This document shows positions 32,345 through 41,364 of a DNA stretch of 64,000 nucleotides, piece after piece; position 1 is the first letter of the stretch, and every line of letters begins with the position of its first letter. The stretch spans positions 558,001 to 622,000 of the forward strand of contig JAUFOR010000003.1 in the NCBI GenBank assembly GCA_040285745.1. Reading direction: 5' to 3'. Made by a program: the position numbers and the translations under genes. A model generated the notes under the pieces. That model saw only the letters and a list, made by a program, of their open reading frames with translations, was not told where the DNA came from and made no database searches. Source of the DNA: Barthelona sp. PCE (taxonomy: Eukaryota).

Positions 32345-34540
32345 ATGTATAATAGGCTGAACTTGGGCAAAAAAGAGGTCAGAGGGAGTCACTTTAAGCC
32401 TCAATACTCAAACAATATTGAGATGCTAGCTCAAAAGCGAAGTCTGGGCATGGTGAGCGAAAATAATCAATACCAACACATATCAGTACCCCAACCATCA
32501 CCAGTACGCAATAAGAAGAGACGTAAATCAAATTATAAGATGGCTGCCAAGAAGGATGATGCTGTTTCGGATGCACGAAAGTTTGAGCAGTTACAGGCTC
32601 GCTATGACGCGCTCCTGCTGCAATACCACGATCTTCAGCATAAATGTAGCACCCTAGATTCAACTGTTTCTGCAGTTTTTGGTTTGTTCGGAAAACTTGA
32701 GAAAACAACCGATGAGGCACTTCCTCTCCGACTAGAGACAGCACTGAAGCTCATGAAGCATTCAGTAACTGATTTAACTGATTTATTTGGCAATTCCAAG
32801 GAGAAGAAACTTAACGATGCTGCAACACTCATTCAACAAACATGGAGGGGTTATAAACGGCGCAAGAAGCTCCATAATTTGTTGAAGCTGAAGCAAGAAT
32901 GGAGATTGGAGCGTCTTACACACAGTGATTTGATTAGGTGCGTCGAACGATATTCAGTTTCTGTCTTAAGAAGAGTGCAATTGGCTGACTCAATGCGGAA
33001 AAGGTTGGATTTAAAGATTATGCGAAAAGCATTTCTTAGTTTGAAGCTGGAAATGGAAGAAAATCGAGTAGAGATGTTAGAGTTGAAACGACAAGAAGCT
33101 ATAATTGCTGAAAACCACCGTATTTACCAAATTTCTACAGCTTTTAAACAGTGGAAAGGTCTAACTTTCGGACCTCGGTCAATGAAATCTTATGAACGTC
33201 GTAGGAAGGAACGTTCATTGCAAGTAAGATCAGCACTGTTTCACAGCGGCATTGCAGTTGCGGAAATGACTGATGAGTACGTCGAGGCACATGTAATTGA
33301 GTCATTTATCGAAGACTTTTTGAAACGCTCATCAGCAAGACAAAGATCTTCAGTATTACGTGCATGGCGCTCCATCGCTGCTGATGATATGGACTTTGCC
33401 AAGCTGCAACGTGCTACTGATTTTTATAATAGACATTTATTGAAAAGAGGTTTTGAAAGTTTTAAAATTTTTGTTAAACAGCAGCAAACAACACTTTCTA
33501 TCATCAATACGCAAAGTTGGATTGCTCCGACCCAGCAGAATAGACTCACAGACGCGAAAAACCTTCACAAATTGGTGCAACCAGCCTTCGAGGCGTGGTT
33601 GGGATATGTCCGAAAACAGAAAGCCATTGTACAATTCGCTCAGCGCGTAATTGAGAACAGGCTCATCCGTATCATCGGGGCATGGCGTGGTCAGGCTCAC
33701 AAAGATCGAGAGAAGAAGACGATTGTTCTGGATTTGTTCAAGGGTTATGGAACACTTGTCAGAAAGAGGTTCTGGGATGTCTTGATGGTGCTCTCACAGC
33801 GTTCACGCGAACGTCGTCTCGCAATAGAGATTGTGCTCGAGCATCGTGAGAGGATGAGAACTCGAAAACTACTAAAGAAATGCTTCAAAGGGTGGCGTTA
33901 CGTTATAGTAGATGAGGTATCTAAGATTCCACTAGAAGGAGAGAAGTTGGTCAACGAGCTGCGTAGTAATTTACAGTCAGAGAAGAAGCTTGAAACCCAA
34001 TTGAAGTTGGCGGTGAATACAATCAACCAAATCAACAATCGGTTAAATTCTTTTGATGTAGAGCGACGCAACCTCCAGGACAAGATAGATAAGAGGAATA
34101 AGATTATTAAACGCCTGAGAAATATGCTGGATTTCCAGAAAAACCAAATCACACAGTTTGAAAGTGTTTTAAGTGATAGTTTTGGTATTTCAAAGGCAAG
34201 TCTATCAAGCGAGCGCAGTGGTGAGATCAATGAGCGTATTTCTGTCGATTTGACGGATTTGGATTTACCTATGCAAATAGAAGAAGAAGAGTTTGAAGTA
34301 CAAGAAGTCTCTGGAACACGTAATGCGTTGAAGAATCGTATTGTTGATCTTACATTGAACTTGGAGGAAGCAGAAATGAAGATAGATCAACAGGATAAGA
34401 GTTTAAATTTATTATACACTGCCCTTAAAAGTTCCCGAGAACAAAAACAACAAAGTAGCGTATTTAGTCGTTCTGGAACACCAGTTCAATCACCCATAAG
34501 TTCAACTAAGCCCTCTATTGTTCCTTCACTTCGAATGTAA
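32345..34540 (+). CDS. IQ-motif and Sfi1-like repeat coiled-coil protein (putative centrin/calmodulin binder)
   Basis: AATLIQQTWRGYKRRK; periodic AFKQWK, VLRAWR, AFEAWL, IIGAWR, CFKGWR. Confidence 0.65.
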   Translation: MYNRLNLGKKEVRGSHFKPQYSNNIEMLAQKRSLGMVSENNQYQHISVPQPSPVRNKKRRKSNYKMAAKKDDAVSDARKFEQLQARYDALLLQYHDLQHKCSTLDSTVSAVFGLFGKLEKTTDEALPLRLETALKLMKHSVTDLTDLFGNSKEKKLNDAATLIQQTWRGYKRRKKLHNLLKLKQEWRLERLTHSDLIRCVERYSVSVLRRVQLADSMRKRLDLKIMRKAFLSLKLEMEENRVEMLELKRQEAIIAENHRIYQISTAFKQWKGLTFGPRSMKSYERRRKERSLQVRSALFHSGIAVAEMTDEYVEAHVIESFIEDFLKRSSARQRSSVLRAWRSIAADDMDFAKLQRATDFYNRHLLKRGFESFKIFVKQQQTTLSIINTQSWIAPTQQNRLTDAKNLHKLVQPAFEAWLGYVRKQKAIVQFAQRVIENRLIRIIGAWRGQAHKDREKKTIVLDLFKGYGTLVRKRFWDVLMVLSQRSRERRLAIEIVLEHRERMRTRKLLKKCFKGWRYVIVDEVSKIPLEGEKLVNELRSNLQSEKKLETQLKLAVNTINQINNRLNSFDVERRNLQDKIDKRNKIIKRLRNMLDFQKNQITQFESVLSDSFGISKASLSSERSGEINERISVDLTDLDLPMQIEEEEFEVQEVSGTRNALKNRIVDLTLNLEEAEMKIDQQDKSLNLLYTALKSSREQKQQSSVFSRSGTPVQSPISSTKPSIVPSLRM

Positions 34541-34627
34541 AAGATGAAAGTATTTTCTTTAAATGCGCAAAGGAATGAAATACGGTAGTGAGTACAGTGG
34601 TAGTGGTCTTTTTAATATATTAATTAA

Positions 34628-34752
34628 AGCTGTAAAAAAATGGTCATTCTTCTACTTCCTTGCAAGATCTAGCTCTTCTCGCACTGTTAGATACCCTCAC
34701 ACCATTTATTATCATTTCTCTATGCTGAAAATACTTTGTGATCCCGAGCATT
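34628..34752 (-). ncRNA. Candidate snoRNA-like small RNA
   Basis: Hairpin, AGAGAA (ANANNA), second hairpin (AAATGGT/ACCATTT), then ACA; also contains GAGGGTATCTAA, antisense to the conserved SSU rRNA UUAGAUACC region. Confidence 0.25.
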
Positions 34753-34939
34753 GAAAACATTTGTAAAAAAAAATTTCATTTCTTCTCAACCATCTATTTA
34801 GGAAGTGTCCCAGGAACCCATTTCCATTCCAGGCACAGTATCCACATGGTAAAAAGTGAAATAATAGAAAACAGACAATAAATTTCTCCTTTCTGTTTTC
34901 TTACTTATTTTGTTCTCTAAACATTTAAAAAACACCAAG

Positions 34940-35903
34940 ATGGCTACTACTTCTTTAACCAACATGCGTCGTATCTGCATTGATAAGTTGTCTATCAACA
35001 TTGCGTTAGGTGAGGCTAGCGATAAGGTATGTGTTATTTTCGAGCTTACGAGAGATTTATAAGGTAACGTGACCACTTTTTGTTGAAGAAAAGCAGCAAT
35101 ACGCAGATATATATTTTCTTAATGACTGCATTTTAAGGTTTCTGTTGTTTTTATGTGCACAACGTGTTTAACACAGCACTGTAACGATCTATTCCAAACT
35201 AAAATGCTCTTTGACGTCTGTGTGAGGATATAGAATTTCTATATTCAGCCATTCTCTTAGAAATGTCTCTTTTGAACTTTTAATTCTCTATTTGTGATAT
35301 ACACAGCCCACTTTGTTGTATACAAAGTCTCAAGAATGTTTTCTTGATGATTTTCTTACTTTTGTGTGGAAGCACTTTATTTTCAAACAATTATATTGAT
35401 GGGATACCATCCGCGTTATTCATTTAAACTTCTCAAAGCTATTGAAGAGACTTTAAACTCACATTTAGGTTGTCAAGGCTGCCCGTGTCCTTGAGGCCCT
35501 TACCGGTCAGAAGCCCGTCTTCGCCAAGGCCAAGCTCACCCGTCGTGGTTTCAACGTTCGTCGTGGTGAAGTTATTGCCACCTACGTGACCCTCCGTGGC
35601 AAGCGCGCTCACAACATCCTTACCAAGATTCTTGATGTCAAGGACAACTCCCTTCCCTCTTCCTTCTTTTCCAAGGAAGGTAACTTCAGTTTCGGTATTG
35701 AAGAGCACATTGATATCGAGGGACTTTCTTACGATCCTTCCATTGGTATCCATGGTATGTCCGTCACTGTTTGTCTCAAGCGCCCTGGTGGTCGTATCAC
35801 CAAGCGTCGTGCCCGTCGCGCAAAGATCGCCCCCCAGCACCACGTTACTGCCGACGAAGCCCGTCAGTGGTTTGTTGAGGAGTTCAACGGTCAACTCTTC
35901 TAA
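34940..35903 (+). CDS. RPL11: 60S ribosomal protein L11 (uL5); exons 34940-35026 and 35469-35903
   Basis: MATTSLTNMRRICIDKLSINIALGEASDK|VVKAARVLEALTGQKPVFAKA...GNFSFGIEEHID...YDPSIGIHGM; strong C/T-ending codon bias. Confidence 0.97.
35027..35468 (+). other. Spliceosomal intron, 442 nt, phase 0, structured
   Basis: GTATGT...ACTCACATTTAG; joins the two RPL11 exons in frame. Confidence 0.93.
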
Positions 35904-36012
35904 GTTGCCTTTTTGATTGGTTGTTTTAGTAAACAAGTACAGAACTTTCTCAGTTTTATAAGGTTGCACAAGAAATTAAACATTACATTACTCTGCTTTT
36001 ATTAAACTAGTA

Positions 36013-37377
36013 CTAATGACGTTGTCTACGTCTTTTTTTCTTGTCTCCGCTCAGAGCTTTCTTTAAACGCTCTCCTTCAACGTCTACTTTCTCAAATGAT
36101 ACATCGTCCAAAGGTTCCAAATGCTGTTCAGATTTTCTCTTCCTATTTGTTTTTTTACCAGAATGAGCTGGGGGCTTCCTACGCTTGTTTGTAGGATGTG
36201 CATGTGTTTCAGTCTGTTGTCTCCTCTTCTTTTTAATCTTCTTTGGTGCTTCAGGTGTTTCTTCTCTCCTCTTATTTTTTCTACCATGCTTTGGTTCTCT
36301 CTCCTTCTTTCCTTTTCCTGTGATCTTAATAATTGATCTATTTAACTCATGTAAAGTTGCTTGTTTTAAATCTTCCACTAACTCAACAAATTTTTCATGT
36401 TGTTGATTCACAATTTGAACATCCATATCTAAATTAGCACTGCCTTGAGAATTAGCACTCAATACCCTACGTCGTCCGTCACTAGAATTTAGCAAATCTC
36501 GAACTGTTAAGGTATCCAAGTCACGCCATGTTAAAAGAGAAGATGGTGCACTGCGTTTCTCTTCCTCTTCAGGCTCATACTCATTAAAGCTATCATTATC
36601 TACTTCACTTTCGTTTTCTTCATAACGGGGTTCAGGAAGGGTGGTGTTGACGTCATGCATAATTTCATCAGTAACATCATCAATGTATTCTTCAACATGC
36701 TCACCAGCACTTGGTTGAGAACCTACATCATCGAATTCTTCTTCTTCTTCTTCAAAGTTAAACTTTGGAGCATTAATATGGTCTTCATCAAAAGTTGTTG
36801 AATCTAGTATTTCATCATGTTCCCGGGATTCATGCTCTTCATTAAATTGTGGAGATTCATACTCTTCATTAAATTGTGGAGATTCATGCTCTTCATTGAG
36901 GACTTCCTCCTCCTCATCACTAAATTTCTCAAAATCAGATACATGTTCAGGCTCTGCAGGACCAGGGGACTGTTCCCTGGATTTGACATCATTAACATCA
37001 TCATTAACATCTTCTGGTACTTCATCAAAATCGAAATCCTTCTTTTCTTCAACAACATCTTCAACCATCATCTCAACGTCCTCGTTCTCATAACTATGAT
37101 GTATATCATTTGCTTCTTCAACTGTATTTCCTTCAGTTGGATTTTCAAAATAAGTGTTTGCTGTAAGACCTTCTACCTCAACTAAATCATCTTCAATGAC
37201 CTCAGTTTCCTCGCGTGTCTCGATCGCACTGTTGTTTATGATAGGAGACTTCTGTTCTGCATCCAAAAGAGTAAAATCGTCGTTTTCTTCTTCAATTTCC
37301 CGTTCATTCGTGTTCTGGGGCTTCGAGCCTGTGTCGAGATCAAGAAGATCGTCCAGGTCGTCAAAATTTGCAGACAT
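36013..37377 (-). CDS. Highly acidic low-complexity protein with a basic C-terminus
   Basis: Long ORF, D/E-rich then K/R-rich (NLS-like). An alternative in-frame ATG lies at 37440. Confidence 0.75.
   Translation of the reverse strand: MSANFDDLDDLLDLDTGSKPQNTNEREIEEENDDFTLLDAEQKSPIINNSAIETREETEVIEDDLVEVEGLTANTYFENPTEGNTVEEANDIHHSYENEDVEMMVEDVVEEKKDFDFDEVPEDVNDDVNDVKSREQSPGPAEPEHVSDFEKFSDEEEEVLNEEHESPQFNEEYESPQFNEEHESREHDEILDSTTFDEDHINAPKFNFEEEEEEFDDVGSQPSAGEHVEEYIDDVTDEIMHDVNTTLPEPRYEENESEVDNDSFNEYEPEEEEKRSAPSSLLTWRDLDTLTVRDLLNSSDGRRRVLSANSQGSANLDMDVQIVNQQHEKFVELVEDLKQATLHELNRSIIKITGKGKKEREPKHGRKNKRREETPEAPKKIKKKRRQQTETHAHPTNKRRKPPAHSGKKTNRKRKSEQHLEPLDDVSFEKVDVEGERLKKALSGDKKKRRRQRH
36827..36897. 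repeat. 27-bp coding tandem repeat, about 2.6 copies (NEE[HY]ESPQF)
   Basis: gattcatgctcttcattaaattgtgga / gattcatactcttcattaaattgtgga / gattcatgctcttcatt. Confidence 0.9.
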
Positions 37378-38122
37378 GGTTCCTTGAAAGGGATATTTTT
37401 GGAATAACATAGAATTTGTTTGTAATTGTTTTGCAGACATACAAAATTTAGATCTGTGGGGTAGTAATTTAAAGAATTTACCTTAAATATTAATGGATAA
37501 TAGCCACCATTGTAGCTTTTCTTTGTTCATCATTATTTTTCATTTCTTGACCTTTTTGCAATGTTTAATGGTGTTATAAACCTAATTTCCTGATTACCAA
37601 AGCTATATTTTTTAAACAGACTAATTGTTGCTTTACAAGATCTTTATGAGTTTACAGCACTTAAAATGAGAGAAATTGACGTTTTTTGCGTGGATTTATT
37701 AATCTTTTGCAAAAAGAAACGTTTAGTTGATATTGTATTATTTAGTTAATGCGAATAACAAGTCTCAAAAATGTTTTTCCAGGTGATGTCAAAGTATCTA
37801 ACAGCTCAAACCCCACAAGAAGTTCGATATTGCCCAAAAAGTGAAAATAAAAGAAAAAAAAGATGGTTTGCTTAAATTAGACCCTAAAAAATAAGCTGTG
37901 ACACCATAATAGTAAAAACCTGGCAAAATTGTATTGTTGGTATATAAAAGTTATTGAAGTGCTATGGTGGAAAGTTGAATTAAGTTATTTGTGATATGTA
38001 GAGTTTTTCCTAACATCATGACGAGTTTTCTTCTGAATATAAACATCAAGCAGCAATGATTTCATGAAGAAAAGTTCGTTAGACGTTTTTAAACCTTTTC
38101 TTTAAGTTCATTGAAGCATCTT

Positions 38123-38716
38123 ATGGGATGTTTCGGTTCATCAGCGCGTCGCGCATATTACAGAAAGGTGGTGATTGCTGGATTGTACGTTGTATTGCAA
38201 AATTGCAAAAAAATCATATTATTGCTAATATTTAGAAGTAACGCCGGTAAAACCACGTTAGTGAAGCGATTGTTACATCCGGAAATCTCGCTTCATGCGG
38301 AGTCTGCCCCCCCTGCCACAATTGGAATCGAGTCATCCACAGGAACACTTCGTGGAGTACCTTTTAATCTTGTAGATCTCTCAGGTGCAAAGGCATTTCG
38401 TTTCCATTGGGCCAATTATCACCCAATTGCCGATCTAATCATTTTTGTAATAGATGCTGCAGATTACGATGCCCTTCCGGAGGCAGTACAAGTGTTAAAG
38501 GAACAGATCCTTGACAACGAAAAGTTGAATCACATTCCACTGCTGATTGTGGGCAACAAGACAGATAAAGCAGGTGCAATAGGTTGTGAACAACTCTCTA
38601 GTTACTTAATCAATGTTAACCAGAATGAAAGGACGTATGACGTGTTAAGTACAAGTGCTATCACAGGACATGGAACTCAACAGGTTGTTATGAAACTCCT
38701 AGAGTATTGTGAATAG
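38123..38716 (+). CDS. Arf-like small GTPase (possibly ARL6/BBS3-related); exons 38123-38184 and 38236-38716
   Basis: MGC N-terminus; splicing gives P-loop GLSNAGKTT; TIG, DLSGA, FVIDAAD, GNKTD, TSAITG. Confidence 0.85.
   Translation: MGCFGSSARRAYYRKVVIAGLYVVLQNCKKIILLLIFRSNAGKTTLVKRLLHPEISLHAESAPPATIGIESSTGTLRGVPFNLVDLSGAKAFRFHWANYHPIADLIIFVIDAADYDALPEAVQVLKEQILDNEKLNHIPLLIVGNKTDKAGAIGCEQLSSYLINVNQNERTYDVLSTSAITGHGTQQVVMKLLEYCE
38185..38235 (+). other. Spliceosomal intron, 51 nt, in frame and stop-free, splits the P-loop
   Basis: GTACGT...GCTAATATTTAG; removal restores GLSNAGKT. Confidence 0.9.
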
Positions 38717-38867
38717 TATAGATCTCAACATTTCATTATTTGTACTTAGCAAAACACATGCATGTGAGCAAAGCATACACATATTTTGTCTTTAGGAAGA
38801 CACAAGAGTAAAAAGAATTGTTTATCTCAACTTCTTCTTTTTCACGTCTTTTACTTTTTTGCATAAA

Positions 38868-40571
38868 ATGGTCAAATTTGAGCTTTTAAATAACAGGAAA
38901 CATAATATTTTGAATATAATGCATCAATGCAAATTGGACTGGCTAGAAAATGATCCAGATTGCTTTTTTGTCCTTGAGTATGACGAAAATCCATTAAGAA
39001 ATCCTGGAAATTCACCCAGTGATGAAAATAATGGTCTTTGTGAGCGTCTTATAAAATTTTCAGCTGAGAGGGATTGTTACTGTTTTTTTGGGAAAAATGA
39101 TGAGTGCATTGAACTGCCACACGACTGTGACGAATATGTATGCTCGGGATCATTTGTTTATTTCAGTACATTATCACAGCAAGTTATTGCAGCATATTTT
39201 AATGAAAATGGGATACTATGTACATTTACACTGCCGGATGTCATGTATATTAAAAACGTGTGTAAGGTTGTTAATATGAAGAATAAGGATATTATTGTTA
39301 CACATCTCAACAAATTTTTTGTAATTTGTGAAGGGGAAGTTTATGAATTAGAGTTACCTAATGGATTAACATTAAACAAGTTAACTTTCACGTCCTGTTT
39401 TGAAATGAATGGATATTTTTATTGTTCTATTAAGGGAAAAAATACAATCACCTTAACAAACAAAAGTGTTTTATATGATGTTTCGGGGGTTGAGACTGAT
39501 AGCTTTGTTTTTGAAGATGGAAGATTGTATGCAGTCATTGATGGTTGGCGCTACAGTTTTAACATTAATGATTGCGAGAAGTTTCAGTTTGGAATACCTT
39601 GCAAAGCAAAATATGATTTTATCAATAATTTGCTTGTTCAACGTAATTGTGGTTATAATCTGGTCATCAATCCAACAAGTGAGGAGATTCATGTGTTTTT
39701 TAATTGTGAAGATCGACCAAAGAGATTATATTCAGCCAAAAATACTTTGGAAACACATTTCTTATCGTATGAAACATGTTCAAGACGTTGCACAATACAT
39801 GATTCTACGATGAAGGAAGTCAATCATATGGCTACCGTTTGTGAACTTGATTACCAAATTCAACCTGACTTTAATGGGAAGTGGTATGTATGGCCTGGGA
39901 ATCCTTCTACATTTTTGGGGGATAATGTGATTAGGAAATGTTGGCCTACTCGTATCTACGACCAAGAAGTGTTTATGGTTGAAGGTACTGTCTGGGGATT
40001 GTATCCGTCGAGTATTTTTTGTGGTGTAAGAACCGATGTATCACCAATTGAGTTTGGCTGCGGTATGTCTCAACCTTTCCTCAGTCCCAACCCTTTTAAC
40101 CAGAATGTCATTGGTGTTAATGGGGTTTTATACAAAGGAAATTACTATGTAGGTGTTTTACTACGAATTAATGATGCTTTGCATTTTATTGATTTATGCC
40201 TGACTGTTGAAGGTAAACATAATTTACTTTTTATTGATGAGTGGATGTTTTTGTACAACGGGTGTGTGTATCTGATTATTGTTGGCGATAATACGAATAT
40301 TCAACATGAAATTGTTCAACTAGCTGAATGTCCGTGTATCCCTCAACGAGTCACTGAAGAAAGCAATGTGGTGTGGGTATGTCCATCCAAAAGATGTGTT
40401 TATCAGATTTTTGATGAATGTGATGATTTTGTGGTGAAGAGAAGACAATATTGGTTTAGTGAAGAGGGATTGTTCTTGAGAAGTGGTTATAATTTGTTAA
40501 AAATAACTGAGATACTTGATGTAGATGCTGTGACATCAACGGATAACCTTGGTATTTTTGAGTATGAGTAG
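38868..40571 (+). CDS. Hypothetical AT-rich gene, Cys/aromatic-rich predicted all-beta protein
   Basis: 567-codon ORF; no family recognised. Confidence 0.7.
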   Translation: MVKFELLNNRKHNILNIMHQCKLDWLENDPDCFFVLEYDENPLRNPGNSPSDENNGLCERLIKFSAERDCYCFFGKNDECIELPHDCDEYVCSGSFVYFSTLSQQVIAAYFNENGILCTFTLPDVMYIKNVCKVVNMKNKDIIVTHLNKFFVICEGEVYELELPNGLTLNKLTFTSCFEMNGYFYCSIKGKNTITLTNKSVLYDVSGVETDSFVFEDGRLYAVIDGWRYSFNINDCEKFQFGIPCKAKYDFINNLLVQRNCGYNLVINPTSEEIHVFFNCEDRPKRLYSAKNTLETHFLSYETCSRRCTIHDSTMKEVNHMATVCELDYQIQPDFNGKWYVWPGNPSTFLGDNVIRKCWPTRIYDQEVFMVEGTVWGLYPSSIFCGVRTDVSPIEFGCGMSQPFLSPNPFNQNVIGVNGVLYKGNYYVGVLLRINDALHFIDLCLTVEGKHNLLFIDEWMFLYNGCVYLIIVGDNTNIQHEIVQLAECPCIPQRVTEESNVVWVCPSKRCVYQIFDECDDFVVKRRQYWFSEEGLFLRSGYNLLKITEILDVDAVTSTDNLGIFEYE

Positions 40572-40715
40572 ATATTTGAATATAAAAATGCGAATAATAC
40601 ATTTTAATTATTATACACTCTTTTAAGGGAGTTTGTGTGGATCGATACACTTTAAGTAAATTTGTAATCGTTTTAGAAGTAAGAAATATGCTGCTTTTGG
40701 AAATATCACCCTATC

Positions 40716-41096
40716 ATGTCAGAAGAACCCATTGTTGAAACAACAGCAGCCCCTGTTAGTCTCGAGAAGGTCCGTGATCTCACGGAAGAAGAACGTATTG
40801 CTCTCAGACGAGCAAAATTCGGCTACATTCCTATTGAAAATAAGGAAGTTGAGAAGAAGCTTGCTTCACTTGATGCAGAGGAAAGGGAGAAGATTCAGAA
40901 GCGTATGCTTCGTTTTGGTGTTGTAGAACCTCCTAAAACTCAAACAGGCAAGAAACATGCTAAGAAGAAGGCTAAAAACCCCAACAGAGAGCAAACTAAG
41001 CCTAAGAAGGGCAAGAAGGAAAGGAAAACCAACCGAGTTGTCATCTCAAAGAACTCCAAAAGTAAGAATAAGAGGAACAAGAAGAAGTCTCAATAG
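40716..41096 (+). CDS. Tho1/MOS11/SARNP C-terminal-motif protein
   Basis: Two R..[KR]FG motifs (RRAKFG, KRMLRFG) and a Lys-rich tail; no SAP domain seen. Confidence 0.7.
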   Translation: MSEEPIVETTAAPVSLEKVRDLTEEERIALRRAKFGYIPIENKEVEKKLASLDAEEREKIQKRMLRFGVVEPPKTQTGKKHAKKKAKNPNREQTKPKKGKKERKTNRVVISKNSKSKNKRNKKKSQ

Positions 41097-41364
41097 ATCA
41101 CTTTTGTATAGCTAATGTTCATATAATTCAGTAAATTTGATGTTGTGAGTGAGTACTATCCATATTATAGAAGTTAGGATTTTTTATTGTAATATCTTTT
41201 CCCTTTGCTAAAGCAACTTTAACGATTTATTATTGTGGTTAAATGTGTGTTTACATGTCATATAAAATCATTCTTGTAAAATAACGATGTACCAATTCTT
41301 GTTTCAACGATTCTTACTTCTTTCACTTCAGAACTGATTCATAGCAGAACACATTGTTGGGATT

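Noticed and set aside
35322-35456. AAAGTCTC/GAGACTTT as an RNase P/MRP P4 helix
   Set aside because: Lacks the bulged U and the other conserved regions; kept only as a possible alternative pairing.
35439-35969. 176-aa minus-strand ORF over RPL11
   Set aside because: Antisense shadow of a strongly codon-biased ribosomal protein exon; no independent features.
37367-37442. Duplicated TTTGCAGACAT at two in-frame ATGs, with a minus-strand GTATGT
   Set aside because: No matching CTMAYATTTAG acceptor nearby; treated as start-site ambiguity, not an intron.
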